Assembly (NCBI GenBank): GCA_963663805.2
Contig: CAXXMR010000004.1
Coordinates: 1-37,662, forward strand
DNA from: Sedimentisphaerales bacterium
GTDB taxonomy: Bacteria > Planctomycetota > Phycisphaerae > Sedimentisphaerales > SM23-30
Direction: 5' to 3'
DNA length: 37,662 nucleotides
A model generated the notes under the pieces. It saw nothing but the letters and a program-made list of their open reading frames with translations. It did no database searches and was not told the DNA's origin. A program made the translations under genes and the position numbers. This document shows positions 19,045 through 28,457 of this stretch, piece after piece; within the stretch, counting starts at the first letter, position 1; every line of letters starts with the position of its first letter.

Positions 19045-20787
19045 ATGAGTAGTAAAAAAAACCAAGAAAACGGTTTCATTCTGGTGCGGGCTATCACAAA
19101 CCTGAAACTCTCCGGCAGACTGATCTGGGGATTTTCCATATTAATGGTAATGGTCCTAATCATGGGCTATTTCGCCTATTCGGGTACCGTCGCGATCATG
19201 TCTAAAGCCAGAGATATCCGCGACGACAATGATCTCTATGCCGCGTCAGAAAAAACCAAAGTGCTTATGCTCCAGCATCGTCGTTTTGAAAAAGACATCT
19301 TTCTGAATATAGGTGAGGCAAAGACACAAAAAGATAAATATCTGCCCGCATTGGCCGCGAAGTCAAAAGAGATACAGGATACCTTCAATCCACTGTGCCA
19401 GCGCATCCTTCACGACCAGCGTTTCACCGATGAAACAAAAGAGCAGGCCAGAAAGATTCCGGAGCTATATCAGGCATATTACAAAGGGCTGATGGAGGTC
19501 GCTAATCAGGCTATCGAGAACCCCGAATTAACTCCTCAGGCAGCTAATAAGGCGATGAAACCGCACAAGGAAACTATCCATGACCTGGAAGAATACATTG
19601 ATCTTATCGCAGAGGAAATAAAAGAGGCTCATCATCAATGTTTTCAAAATACCCAAACTCTTGTCGCTAACACCAAGACATCACTAGCAATCTTTGGTCT
19701 GATTATTATTGTGCTGGGAATAATAATCTCGATCACAATAACGAGAAGTATCACCCGGCCCATCCGCAGAACCATCGAAACCATCAAAGATATTTCTCAG
19801 GGAGAAGGTAACCTGACTTCGCGGCTGGATGATTCCGGCACGAATGAACTTTCTGAACTGGCCCGGTGGTTTAATGTTTTCGTCGAGAAGATCCAGAATA
19901 TCATAATTGAAATCTCTGATAACACCGCTACTTTGGCTTCATCATCGTCGCAGCTTACCGGCACAGCATCTCAGATGGCTCAGAACTCACAAAACATGAG
20001 CGAGCAATCGGCAAGTGTCGCGGCGGCCACGGAAGAAATGGCAACTAACATGAGTAATGTAGCAAGTTCATCCGAGCAAATGACCACAAACGTGAAGACC
20101 ATTGCCTCGGCGATTGAGGAAATGACCGCCAGCATAGCTGAAGTAGCCAAAAACGCCGAGCAGGCTTCCGCTGTCGCTGAGGAAGCTAATAAACTGTCGG
20201 AAAACAGCAACCAAAGCATCGGCCAACTCGGAGAAGCAGCAGAAGCGATCGGCAAAGTATTAGAAGTTATTCAGGATATTGCGGAACAGACGAATTTGCT
20301 GGCTCTTAACGCCACGATTGAAGCGGCCCGGGCCGGCGATGCGGGCAAGGGTTTTGCGGTAGTCGCCAATGAAGTAAAAGAACTAGCCCGCCAAACGGCT
20401 GAAGCAACCGAAGACATTAGTAACCGTATTGGCGCGATCCAGCAAACAGCTGGCACGTCCGTTGATTCCATCGCCAAAATCAGCGAGGTTATCAAACAGG
20501 TTAACGAAGTTTCCCGTACTATCGCATCCGCTGTTGAAGAACAAAGTATTACTACCCGAGAAATCGCTGAAAATATTTCTCAGACCGCTAGTGCTTCTGA
20601 TATAATTTCCATTGGTGCCAGCGAAGCGGCTCAGGCAACTCAGGAAATTGCCAGCAATATCGCAAAGGTAGACTCTGCCGCGAATTCAACCTCCGAAGGC
20701 GCAAACCAGACCAATCTGGCCGGTACGGAACTTTCCAAGCTATCCCAAACACTTAAGTCTCTTGTCGGCCAGTTCAAGGTCCAATAG
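19045..20787 (+). CDS. Methyl-accepting chemotaxis protein (TM - helical sensor - TM - HAMP - MA)
   Basis: ATG 19045 follows GGAAGG. Two TM helices, a HAMP segment (GEGNLTSRL..NELSELARWFN) and [37 protein letters not shown]. Confidence 0.95.
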   Translation: MSSKKNQENGFILVRAITNLKLSGRLIWGFSILMVMVLIMGYFAYSGTVAIMSKARDIRDDNDLYAASEKTKVLMLQHRRFEKDIFLNIGEAKTQKDKYLPALAAKSKEIQDTFNPLCQRILHDQRFTDETKEQARKIPELYQAYYKGLMEVANQAIENPELTPQAANKAMKPHKETIHDLEEYIDLIAEEIKEAHHQCFQNTQTLVANTKTSLAIFGLIIIVLGIIISITITRSITRPIRRTIETIKDISQGEGNLTSRLDDSGTNELSELARWFNVFVEKIQNIIIEISDNTATLASSSSQLTGTASQMAQNSQNMSEQSASVAAATEEMATNMSNVASSSEQMTTNVKTIASAIEEMTASIAEVAKNAEQASAVAEEANKLSENSNQSIGQLGEAAEAIGKVLEVIQDIAEQTNLLALNATIEAARAGDAGKGFAVVANEVKELARQTAEATEDISNRIGAIQQTAGTSVDSIAKISEVIKQVNEVSRTIASAVEEQSITTREIAENISQTASASDIISIGASEAAQATQEIASNIAKVDSAANSTSEGANQTNLAGTELSKLSQTLKSLVGQFKVQ

Positions 20788-20795
20788 AAAGAGCG

Positions 20796-21413
20796 TTAGA
20801 GTTCGGCGAAGTTTTTGAGCATGGCCAGTCCCACCTGCTGAGATTTTTCGGGGTGGAACTGGGTGGCCATGAGGTTATCGCGCCAGACGCTGGAGACGAA
20901 CTCTATACCGTGTTCGGTGGTGCTGCCGGTAACATCGTTAGTTGGGACGACATAGTAGGAGTGGACAAAATAAACGTAGCTACCCTGTCCCATGCCTCTA
21001 TATAAGGGACAGGAACGCTGCCAGTTTAGGGAGTTCCAGCCCATGTGGGGGATTTTGAGGTCTTTTTCGTCGGGGCGACCGGTGAAGTCGAATTTAACGA
21101 CCTCGCCTTTGACCAGCCCCAAACCTTCGTATTCGCCGTCTTCATAGCTCTTATCAAAAAGAAGCTGCAAGCCGAGACAAATACCCAAGAACCATTTACC
21201 CTGAGCGACAGCTTCGCCGATAGGTTCGACGAGATTCTTTTCTTTCAGGGTGGCCATCGCGTCACGGAAAGCACCTACGCCGGGCAGAACAATTTTGTCG
21301 GCTGAGCGGATTTCTTCCGGTTCGGTGATGAACTTCACCGGGGCCTCCAGCAGCTCAAAGGCTTTGCGAACGCTGTGGAGGTTGCCCATGCCGTAATCAA
21401 TAATACCAATCAC
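20796..21413 (-). CDS. hisH: Imidazole glycerol phosphate synthase, glutaminase subunit
   Basis: IIDYGMGNL, LPGVGAF, GICLG, PHMGWN, YFVHSY and QFHPEKS motifs. Confidence 0.97.
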   Translation of the reverse strand: MIGIIDYGMGNLHSVRKAFELLEAPVKFITEPEEIRSADKIVLPGVGAFRDAMATLKEKNLVEPIGEAVAQGKWFLGICLGLQLLFDKSYEDGEYEGLGLVKGEVVKFDFTGRPDEKDLKIPHMGWNSLNWQRSCPLYRGMGQGSYVYFVHSYYVVPTNDVTGSTTEHGIEFVSSVWRDNLMATQFHPEKSQQVGLAMLKNFAEL

Positions 21414-21443
21414 TTTACAAATACCCTAACCCAGATAAACTGG

Positions 21444-21545
21444 AAACCCTAAGCACTAAATTTTAAATCCTAAACAAATTCTAAACTCAAAACAACACAA
21501 ACGACGACAATATTTAGCCGCGGATTACGCGGATTACGCGAATTT
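21444..21545 (+). repeat. Intergenic heptamer (AAATyCT-like) and nonamer (CGCGGATTA) short tandem repeats
   Basis: AAACCCT AAGCACT AAATTTT AAATCCT AAAC AAATTCT AAACTCA at 21444-21489; CGCGGATTA x2 plus CGCGAATTT at 21519-21545. Confidence 0.7.
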
Positions 21546-21559
21546 TTAACGGCAATTAT

Positions 21560-22207
21560 TTAGCGTGTATACACTACAATTTCTACTCGGCGGCTGGCGG
21601 TTTTGCTGCCGGCGACGGGGTGATATTGGCTTCGCCCTGCGGCGGTGAGCTGTTTGGCGGGGACACCACGGTCAACCAGATAGCGAGTTACCGACAGGGC
21701 CCGCTGAGTTGAAAGTTCCCAGTTGTCTTTCCATTTGCTCTTGCGGATGGGGTCGGTGTCGGTATGGCCAACGACGGCAACTTCCTTGCCATTGTATTTA
21801 TCGCTAATAACCTTTGAGATACGGCCTAGCTTGCTCTTGGCCTCGTTTTTGAGGTTGGCACTGCCGGAATCGAAAAGTACGCCACTCTCGATAGTGACGG
21901 TAATGGTGCCCTTGGCGGCATCATAAACCCCACCTTCGGCTTCGAGACCGGTCTTGACGAGAGGTTTGGGCTTGCGAGCGTCTTCGAGTTCGCGCTGGGT
22001 CATGCCCAGACGCTGGGCCAACTGGTCCCGTTCGGAGTTGCACTGAGAAAGCTCGGACTGCATACCTTCGAAAATGCCTTCGAGGTTTTCTTTCTCAGCG
22101 ACGCAGGTTTCGTACTTTTTCTGCCAGGGCTGACAGCCCGTAGCAACCGCAATTACCAGAACCAATGCTGTTACAAGCATCCATTTTTCCGAACCGGTGT
22201 TTTTCAT
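21560..22207 (-). CDS. OmpA/MotB-family peptidoglycan-binding lipoprotein
   Basis: Lipobox VATG-C, a coiled coil, then LFDSGSA, VVGHTD, NWELSTQRA and RRVEI. Confidence 0.88.
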   Translation of the reverse strand: MKNTGSEKWMLVTALVLVIAVATGCQPWQKKYETCVAEKENLEGIFEGMQSELSQCNSERDQLAQRLGMTQRELEDARKPKPLVKTGLEAEGGVYDAAKGTITVTIESGVLFDSGSANLKNEAKSKLGRISKVISDKYNGKEVAVVGHTDTDPIRKSKWKDNWELSTQRALSVTRYLVDRGVPAKQLTAAGRSQYHPVAGSKTASRRVEIVVYTR

Positions 22208-22234
22208 ATTTTTACTCCTATTTTTTTGTTAAAT

Positions 22235-22570
22235 TTATAAATTTTCGCTGTTATTGGGGTTATCCTGCGTTTTTTTATGGTCCGTTTCGCGGCGGACTTC
22301 GTTAATCAACTGCTGGCGGGTCTTCTCGTCTTGTCGTACCAGACGAATGTCATGGATAATCTTGCACATCCGCCGAAAAATCCAGGAAATTATGATTCCG
22401 AAGTTGGCCGCTATCACCGTAAACCAGAAAAGCGGAATTTCGGGGGTTTTCCACCATAAAAATCGGATTGAGATTGGCTGGGTGTTGCTGAATACAAAAA
22501 TGAGCAACATCAGAATAACAAATGAAACGCCACCCAATCTCAGATAAACTTGTAATTTTCGACCTGTCAT
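22235..22570 (-). CDS. LapA/DUF1049-like small membrane protein
   Basis: Two TM segments with IFVFSNTQPISIRFLWW...PL..., followed by a charged tail. Confidence 0.65.
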   Translation of the reverse strand: MTGRKLQVYLRLGGVSFVILMLLIFVFSNTQPISIRFLWWKTPEIPLFWFTVIAANFGIIISWIFRRMCKIIHDIRLVRQDEKTRQQLINEVRRETDHKKTQDNPNNSENL

Positions 22571-22584
22571 ATTAACCTTTCCAG

Positions 22585-23757
22585 TCAGGGCAACGGCGGC
22601 GGCGTGAACGCGTTCTCAAAATACGCCACAATGCGATCATGCGATATCATAACGATGAAAGTGGCCAGAGACAAGAACGGGCCGTAAGGAATTTCCCTTT
22701 TGCGGTGGAAAATGAGTTTAGCCAGGGCCCAACCGAGTCCAACAAAAGGCGCGACAAAAAAGGCTATCACCGGGCTTTGCCAGCCCAAAACAGCCCCCAC
22801 TGCGGCCATGAGGTCCACATCGCCCAGTCCCATGGCCTCTCGACCAAAACCGAGTGTGCCCAGAATCCGAGTGACCCAAACCACTGCCCCACCGATAATT
22901 GTGCCGAAAATACTGCCGAGCAATCCGGGCAGCCATTTGTTCTGGGCGAGAAGGTCGGCCCAGTTTTGTTTATCGCCTAAGATTGCCAGGGCAAGCCACC
23001 CCAAAATCAACACAGGTAAAAGCGAAAGGGTTTCCAGCAGAATCTCTTTTCGGGCATTAACCTCAATTTCGGGGATTTCGGTGCCTTCGCGGATGGCTTT
23101 TTCCTCGGCGGCAATCAGGTCGGCGAAACCTTCCTTGATGATTTTCTTCTTTAACAAGAGCCAGCGGAGGGCGAGTCCCAACATCGCGCCGATAGCCCAA
23201 CTACCGCTTTGGGGAGAAGCGTAAGGAATGATTCGCCACTGGTCGTTCGCGTCGGCGATGGTGAAAGGCATGAGGTAGGGCCAGAAGCAGCTCAGGGCCA
23301 GACCCACAAAAATCGCCGCCCAGGTCAGCGACAAATCAATAATCATCAGCTCAGCATCTATCAGTGATGAAGCGAGCAGGACACCGAGCAGGAAAATGTG
23401 GCCGGCGTAAATTAATGAGCCGCCTTTTTCGAAAGCGGGCAGACCGTAGCGGCAATGTTCGATAAAGTAAAAATAAAACAATGCTACGAACATTAAGGCT
23501 GTGAAAAGCTCGACGGCGGGATAGCGGACTGAAAACTTCGCGCCGCAATAGCGACATTTGCCGCGGAGTATGAACCAGGCGATTATAGGCAGATTATCGT
23601 ACCAGCTAATGGGTTTGTCGCATGAGGTGCAATGACTGCCGGGCATAACCAGGGACATGCCGCGAGGCAGACGATAGACCACCACATTTAGGAAACTGCC
23701 GATGCAGGCCCCTAACGCGAAAAGGAAAACTATCCAGATAATCGCCGGTACCGCCAA
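22585..23757 (-). CDS. pilD: Prepilin peptidase/N-methyltransferase (A24)
   Basis: GSFLNVVVYRLP, CxxC..CxxC, LID, MGLGD and IPYGPFL motifs. Confidence 0.93.
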   Translation of the reverse strand: MAVPAIIWIVFLFALGACIGSFLNVVVYRLPRGMSLVMPGSHCTSCDKPISWYDNLPIIAWFILRGKCRYCGAKFSVRYPAVELFTALMFVALFYFYFIEHCRYGLPAFEKGGSLIYAGHIFLLGVLLASSLIDAELMIIDLSLTWAAIFVGLALSCFWPYLMPFTIADANDQWRIIPYASPQSGSWAIGAMLGLALRWLLLKKKIIKEGFADLIAAEEKAIREGTEIPEIEVNARKEILLETLSLLPVLILGWLALAILGDKQNWADLLAQNKWLPGLLGSIFGTIIGGAVVWVTRILGTLGFGREAMGLGDVDLMAAVGAVLGWQSPVIAFFVAPFVGLGWALAKLIFHRKREIPYGPFLSLATFIVMISHDRIVAYFENAFTPPPLP

Positions 23758-23806
23758 AATTCAACATCCTTGTCGTAATCGCGGGTTCCCGGCCCGCGGA
23801 ATAAAT

Positions 23807-25024
23807 TTAACGTCGTTTTTTGTTTTTGAGGGCCTGGACCTTCATCGGCAGGCCGAACAGTCTGATAAAACCGGTCGCGTCGGTGCTGTCATACTCGGCA
23901 CCCATAGTGAAACTGGCGAGGTCATGAGCGTAGAGACTGTTGGGGCTGGTAACGCCAGCGAGCAGACAGTGTCCCTTATAAAGTTTAACCCGGACATTAC
24001 CGGTAACTTTCTGCTGGGTTGAATCGAAGAATTTATCCAGGGCTTCGCGCAGCGGGCAGAACCATTGGCCGTTGTAGACCAAATCCGCGTATTTCAGGGC
24101 AACCTGCTGTTTGTAATGAGAGGTTTCCTTATCGAGCGTGAGCATCTCCAAAGCCCGGTGGGCGGTATAAAGAATCGTGCCGGCGGGAGTTTCATAAACG
24201 CCGCGGCTCTTCATGCCGACCAGACGATTTTCGACCAAATCAACCTGGCCGACCGCGTGTTTGCCGCCAACTTCATTGAGGGTTTCCATGAGCTTGACGG
24301 CGGCAATTTTCTTACCGTTCAAGGTAAGGGGAATGCCCTTTTCAAAACCAATCTCAACATATTCACCCTTGGCGGGCGCTTTGCTGATGGGATTGCTCAT
24401 GACGTAGAGACTGTCCAGGGGCTCGTTGGCGGGGTCTTCCAGGTCGGCACCTTCGTGGCTGATGTGCCAGAGGTTGCGGTCGCGGGAGTAAATTTTTTTC
24501 TTGGACTGGTCGATGGGAATATTGCGGGCCTTGGCATAATCGACGGCGGCTTCCCGGCTGGTCAGTTCAAACGAGGTGTCCTTCCAGGGAGCAATGATTT
24601 TCAGTTTGGGGTCCAGGGCCATGAAGGTCAGCTCAAACCGCACCTGGTCGTTGCCCTTGCCGGTTGCGCCATGAGCGACAGCGTCGGCACCTTCCTGATG
24701 GGCGATGTCAACCTGATACTTGGCAATCAAAGGGCGGGCGATACTTGTGCCGAGCAGATAGCCATTTTCGTAAACCGCGCCGCTTTTGAGCATGGGCCAG
24801 AGGTAATCCTCGCAGAATTCCTGCCGCAAATCGGCAACTATGCACTTGCTGGCACCACTAGCCAGGGCCTTTTTCTTGACGCCGACCAGTTCGCTGCCCT
24901 GGCCTAGCTCAGCGGCAAAAGCGACAACTTCGCAATTATATTTCTCTTTGAGCCAAGGTAAAATCACACTGGTATCAAGCCCGCCGCTATATGCCAGAAC
25001 TATTTTCTTCACCGTAGGAGCCAT
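23807..25024 (-). CDS. argG: Argininosuccinate synthase
   Basis: [24 protein letters not shown] and [16 protein letters not shown] motifs. Confidence 0.98.
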   Translation of the reverse strand: MAPTVKKIVLAYSGGLDTSVILPWLKEKYNCEVVAFAAELGQGSELVGVKKKALASGASKCIVADLRQEFCEDYLWPMLKSGAVYENGYLLGTSIARPLIAKYQVDIAHQEGADAVAHGATGKGNDQVRFELTFMALDPKLKIIAPWKDTSFELTSREAAVDYAKARNIPIDQSKKKIYSRDRNLWHISHEGADLEDPANEPLDSLYVMSNPISKAPAKGEYVEIGFEKGIPLTLNGKKIAAVKLMETLNEVGGKHAVGQVDLVENRLVGMKSRGVYETPAGTILYTAHRALEMLTLDKETSHYKQQVALKYADLVYNGQWFCPLREALDKFFDSTQQKVTGNVRVKLYKGHCLLAGVTSPNSLYAHDLASFTMGAEYDSTDATGFIRLFGLPMKVQALKNKKRR

Positions 25025-25199
25025 TTCGTATATCTCCGCTTAATGATAATTTATCAAACCGGGGTTCGTCCGCGGACCGCCGAGCCGCTAATCTAACACA
25101 CTTAGCCCCCCGCTTCAACCGCAAAAACGGGGCGTTAATCAGCCGGAAACGCGGATTCAAGTCTGTGAATGATAATAGAAAGGGGGGAAATCAGGTCTA

Positions 25200-26834
25200 T
25201 CAGGCAAGTTCGGGGACGGGAACCATCAGTTCGGGGGACTCGATTTCCAGGGGCCAGTCTTGCTCGTGTTCGCATACCAGACGCAGGAAAGCCTCAACCA
25301 CGTCGGGGTCGAACAAGGTCTCGGCTCCGTCGGCAATCAGCGTAACGGCGTCATTGAGCGACATTCCACAGTCGCTGAAATGTCCGGAACAGGCCGCGTC
25401 CAGATTATCCGCCACCGCAATCACCCGAGCTTCAAAAGGAATGTGCTTGCGAGCGATACCGTCGGGATAGCCACTGCCGTCGAAGTTCTCGTGATGGGAA
25501 CGGATAGCGGGCAGTAGATTTTTGAAGCTGGCGAAAGGCTCAACTATTTTTATCGCCAAGACCGGGTGCAGACGAAACAGTTCTTTCTCGTTTTCGGTCA
25601 GAGGCTCCTGCTTGTTGATGACCTCATTGGGAATACCTAGCTTGCCCAGATCGTGCAGGCGGGCAGCCAGAATTATTCTTTCAATCATGTCCGCTGGCAG
25701 GTTCATCTGGCGAGCCAGGGCTTCGGCATAACGTGCGACCCGCTCAGCGTGCCCCATGGTGTTGGAGTCTTTGATTTGCAGGGCCCGGGCCATGCCGTTG
25801 ACGGCATCGGAGGCAAACTGACGCACCTGACGGTCCAGAGTCATGACCTTTGCGTGCAGCTCGCGAACATCCTTGATTTCCTGATTGGCATCCTGCTCCT
25901 GGTCCTCCAGCCGGTCATAACGCATAACACAATTTCGACCGGCAGCCTTGGCGGCATAAAGAGCCTTGTCCGCCTGCTTGATTAACTGCTCCGGGTCGGG
26001 CAGCGAAAACGCGTCAAAGGTAGCCACCCCCATACTTACGGTAACCACAACATCCTCAGCGGAAATATTCCAGGATTTGTGCTCGATTATTTTGCGAAGT
26101 TTTTCGGCGGCGGCATAAGCTTGGGAACAACTGGTCTTGGGCATAACCACGACAAATTCTTCACCGCCGTAACGAGTGGCGACATCGAGTGAACGAACAT
26201 TATCAGCCAAAAGTCTGGACAACTGCTTGAGAATTACGTCGCCGCCCAAATGGCCATAAGTATCATTAAAACTCTTAAAATGGTCGATATCCAGCACAAT
26301 AATAGACAATTCGCTGTTATCCGAACGCGAATGAAGCATCTCGCGGTCGAGCAACTCGGTCATGCGACGCCTATTGGGCAAATTGGTCAGCTCATCAGTA
26401 TTAGCCCGAACTTCGAGCTTTTCCTGAACCGCAGCCATCTGCAGAACCACATCAATACGGGCCTTGAGTTCGACCGGTTCGAATGGTTTAGTTACATAAT
26501 CAACCGCCCCGGACTCCAGCCCGGCGACTTTGTCGAGAGCGTCATCCTTGGCCGAAAGAAAAATCACCGGAATGTCAGCGGTTTCGGCATCACCTTTGAG
26601 AATACGGCAAGCCTCATAACCATCCATCTCCGGCATCATGATATCAAGAAGAATCAGGTCGGGCTGTTGATCTTTGGCAATTTCTATCGCCCGGGCACCG
26701 CTCTGGGCCAGGACGACCTCATGGCCCATCTTCTTGAGATGCACCTCAAGCAAAGCCAGGTTCATCTGGTTGTCATCAACCGCGAGGATTAAACTTTTTT
26801 CGGTAGTTGTTTTGTCGTTGGTTGTATCCATCAA
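25200..26834 (-). CDS. Response regulator with REC, GGDEF and HD-GYP domains
   Basis: REC (AVDD..LLDIMMP..KP), GGDEF (DIDHFK.FND.YGH..GD, RSLD I-site, GGEEF) and HD-GYP (HDLGK, HHENFDGSGYP). Confidence 0.93.
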   Translation of the reverse strand: MMDTTNDKTTTEKSLILAVDDNQMNLALLEVHLKKMGHEVVLAQSGARAIEIAKDQQPDLILLDIMMPEMDGYEACRILKGDAETADIPVIFLSAKDDALDKVAGLESGAVDYVTKPFEPVELKARIDVVLQMAAVQEKLEVRANTDELTNLPNRRRMTELLDREMLHSRSDNSELSIIVLDIDHFKSFNDTYGHLGGDVILKQLSRLLADNVRSLDVATRYGGEEFVVVMPKTSCSQAYAAAEKLRKIIEHKSWNISAEDVVVTVSMGVATFDAFSLPDPEQLIKQADKALYAAKAAGRNCVMRYDRLEDQEQDANQEIKDVRELHAKVMTLDRQVRQFASDAVNGMARALQIKDSNTMGHAERVARYAEALARQMNLPADMIERIILAARLHDLGKLGIPNEVINKQEPLTENEKELFRLHPVLAIKIVEPFASFKNLLPAIRSHHENFDGSGYPDGIARKHIPFEARVIAVADNLDAACSGHFSDCGMSLNDAVTLIADGAETLFDPDVVEAFLRLVCEHEQDWPLEIESPELMVPVPELA

Positions 26835-26918
26835 TACCTGTCTTCGACTTATTCCAAATGCCTGTTCTGACTACCGCCTACACAGTGTCCCTTGACCCAT
26901 CCGGGCCATCCATGATGA

Positions 26919-26946
26919 ATATCGACCGGCAGAGCAGGCCAAGTTA
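26919..26946 (-). promoter_or_regulatory. Sigma28(FliA)-like promoter candidate
   Basis: TAAC-N16-GTCGATAT upstream of the REC-GGDEF-HD-GYP gene. Confidence 0.35.
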
Positions 26947-27107
26947 GCCCATTCAGGAGAGTTAAAGAGCTGAGCGGCCAGAACAAATAAAAATCCCCTT
27001 CAAGGCAGATAAATCCCCCTATCCCCCTGCGTTATAAGATTGTTTTTCCATTCCGATGCGGGAACAACATTTTCCCGGTCCGATAACCATCAACATAATT
27101 ATATTTA

Positions 27108-28388
27108 TCAGACTTCCGCCGCCAGCGACAGTGCTGCCCCAGCAGTTTTCATCAGGTCAACAAAATTGGGAAACGTCACCGCCATCGCCTCCGCCGTGGA
27201 AATTTTTGTCTGGCCATCCAAGGCCATACCAGCCAGCGACAGAGCCATCACGACCCGATGGTCATCGTGGCCGCAAACTTCGGCCGGGTGAAGCTTTGAA
27301 CCGTTAATTATTAGTCCGTCGGGCAGTTCGTGAATATCGGCACCCATTTTAGTCAGCTCGGCGGCCATTACGGCGATACGATCGGTTTCTTTCAGGCGGG
27401 CCTGCTCAACGTTCAGCAGACGGGTTTGTCCCTCGGCAAAACACGCCGTCACCGCCAACGCCGGCAAAGCGTCCGGTATCGCGTTCATGTCGATATCCAT
27501 GCCGCGCAGGGTGCCACGTTTAACGTACACCTTACTGTCACGCTGCTGTAGGTCGGCACCCATGGCTTTCAGAATGTCAACTACGGCTTTGTCTCCCTGA
27601 GCGTCAGTAAAATCAAGACCTTCCAGAACCAGTTCCGCATCAAGGAACGCTCCGGCGCAAAGAAAAAACGTAGCTGAGGAAAAATCAGCGGGTACGCGTT
27701 TTTCAAACGCCCGATAAGACTGGCCGCCACGTACAACGAACTTTTTCATGTCGTCGATATTGTCATATTTAATGCCAAATTCGTCGAGGTATCTCAGAGT
27801 AATCTCGACATAAGGTTTTTCGTTAAGTTTGGCAACATTGATAATCGTGTCATTTTTTGCCAGCGGAGCATTGGCCAGCAAGGCACTGAGATATTGACTG
27901 GTGACGGCCTGAATTGTGGTTTCGCCGCCTTGAAGGGTTCCTTGGACCACCACGGGCGGAAGTCCGCCGCCGGGTTTGCTGATACAGTGTGCGCCCAGGT
28001 CATTCAGTGAATTCAGCAAAGGTCCCTGCGGCCTCTTTTGTATCTGATGGTCGCCGGTAAACTCAGCCTTTCCCTCTGCCAGCAAAGCGGCACTGCCTAT
28101 CGCAAAACGTAGCGTTGTGCCTGAATTAGCTACATCAATTCTCCCCTCCGGTGCTTGCGGACAACCGCCAAACCCTTTGACTACCCAGTCCGTGCCACAT
28201 TCAATTTCAGCACCCAAAGCCCGATAGCAGCGAACCGCCGCCTGAGTATCGGCAGAATCCAGAGGTGCGACAATCGTGCTTTCACCCTCGGCCAAAGACG
28301 CAAACGCCACCGCCCGGATAGTATGAGACTTACTACCCGGCATGGGCAACTCTCCCCGCAGTACAGATTTTCCCGCAATCAACTCCAT
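27108..28388 (-). CDS. aroA: 3-phosphoshikimate 1-carboxyvinyltransferase (EPSP synthase)
   Basis: PGSKSHTIRA, NSGTTLRF, TSQYLS, DFSSA, RLKETDRI and DDHRVVM motifs; start at ATG 28388. Confidence 0.97.
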   Translation of the reverse strand: MELIAGKSVLRGELPMPGSKSHTIRAVAFASLAEGESTIVAPLDSADTQAAVRCYRALGAEIECGTDWVVKGFGGCPQAPEGRIDVANSGTTLRFAIGSAALLAEGKAEFTGDHQIQKRPQGPLLNSLNDLGAHCISKPGGGLPPVVVQGTLQGGETTIQAVTSQYLSALLANAPLAKNDTIINVAKLNEKPYVEITLRYLDEFGIKYDNIDDMKKFVVRGGQSYRAFEKRVPADFSSATFFLCAGAFLDAELVLEGLDFTDAQGDKAVVDILKAMGADLQQRDSKVYVKRGTLRGMDIDMNAIPDALPALAVTACFAEGQTRLLNVEQARLKETDRIAVMAAELTKMGADIHELPDGLIINGSKLHPAEVCGHDDHRVVMALSLAGMALDGQTKISTAEAMAVTFPNFVDLMKTAGAALSLAAEV

Positions 28389-28457
28389 GGTCACAATTCC
28401 TGATATGTGTTCGCTATTTGTAAAAAAGATTTGCAAAAAAGAGATTTGACCCCTTTT

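Noticed and set aside
17608..20787. 1059-aa ORF that looks like an MCP with a long novel N-terminal extension
   Set aside because: The first ~480 codons are the antisense frame of the ISL3 transposase, joined in frame by the insertion. The real MCP starts at 19045 with its own RBS and TM helix.
24065..24907. 280-aa + strand ORF
   Set aside because: Antisense shadow of argG.
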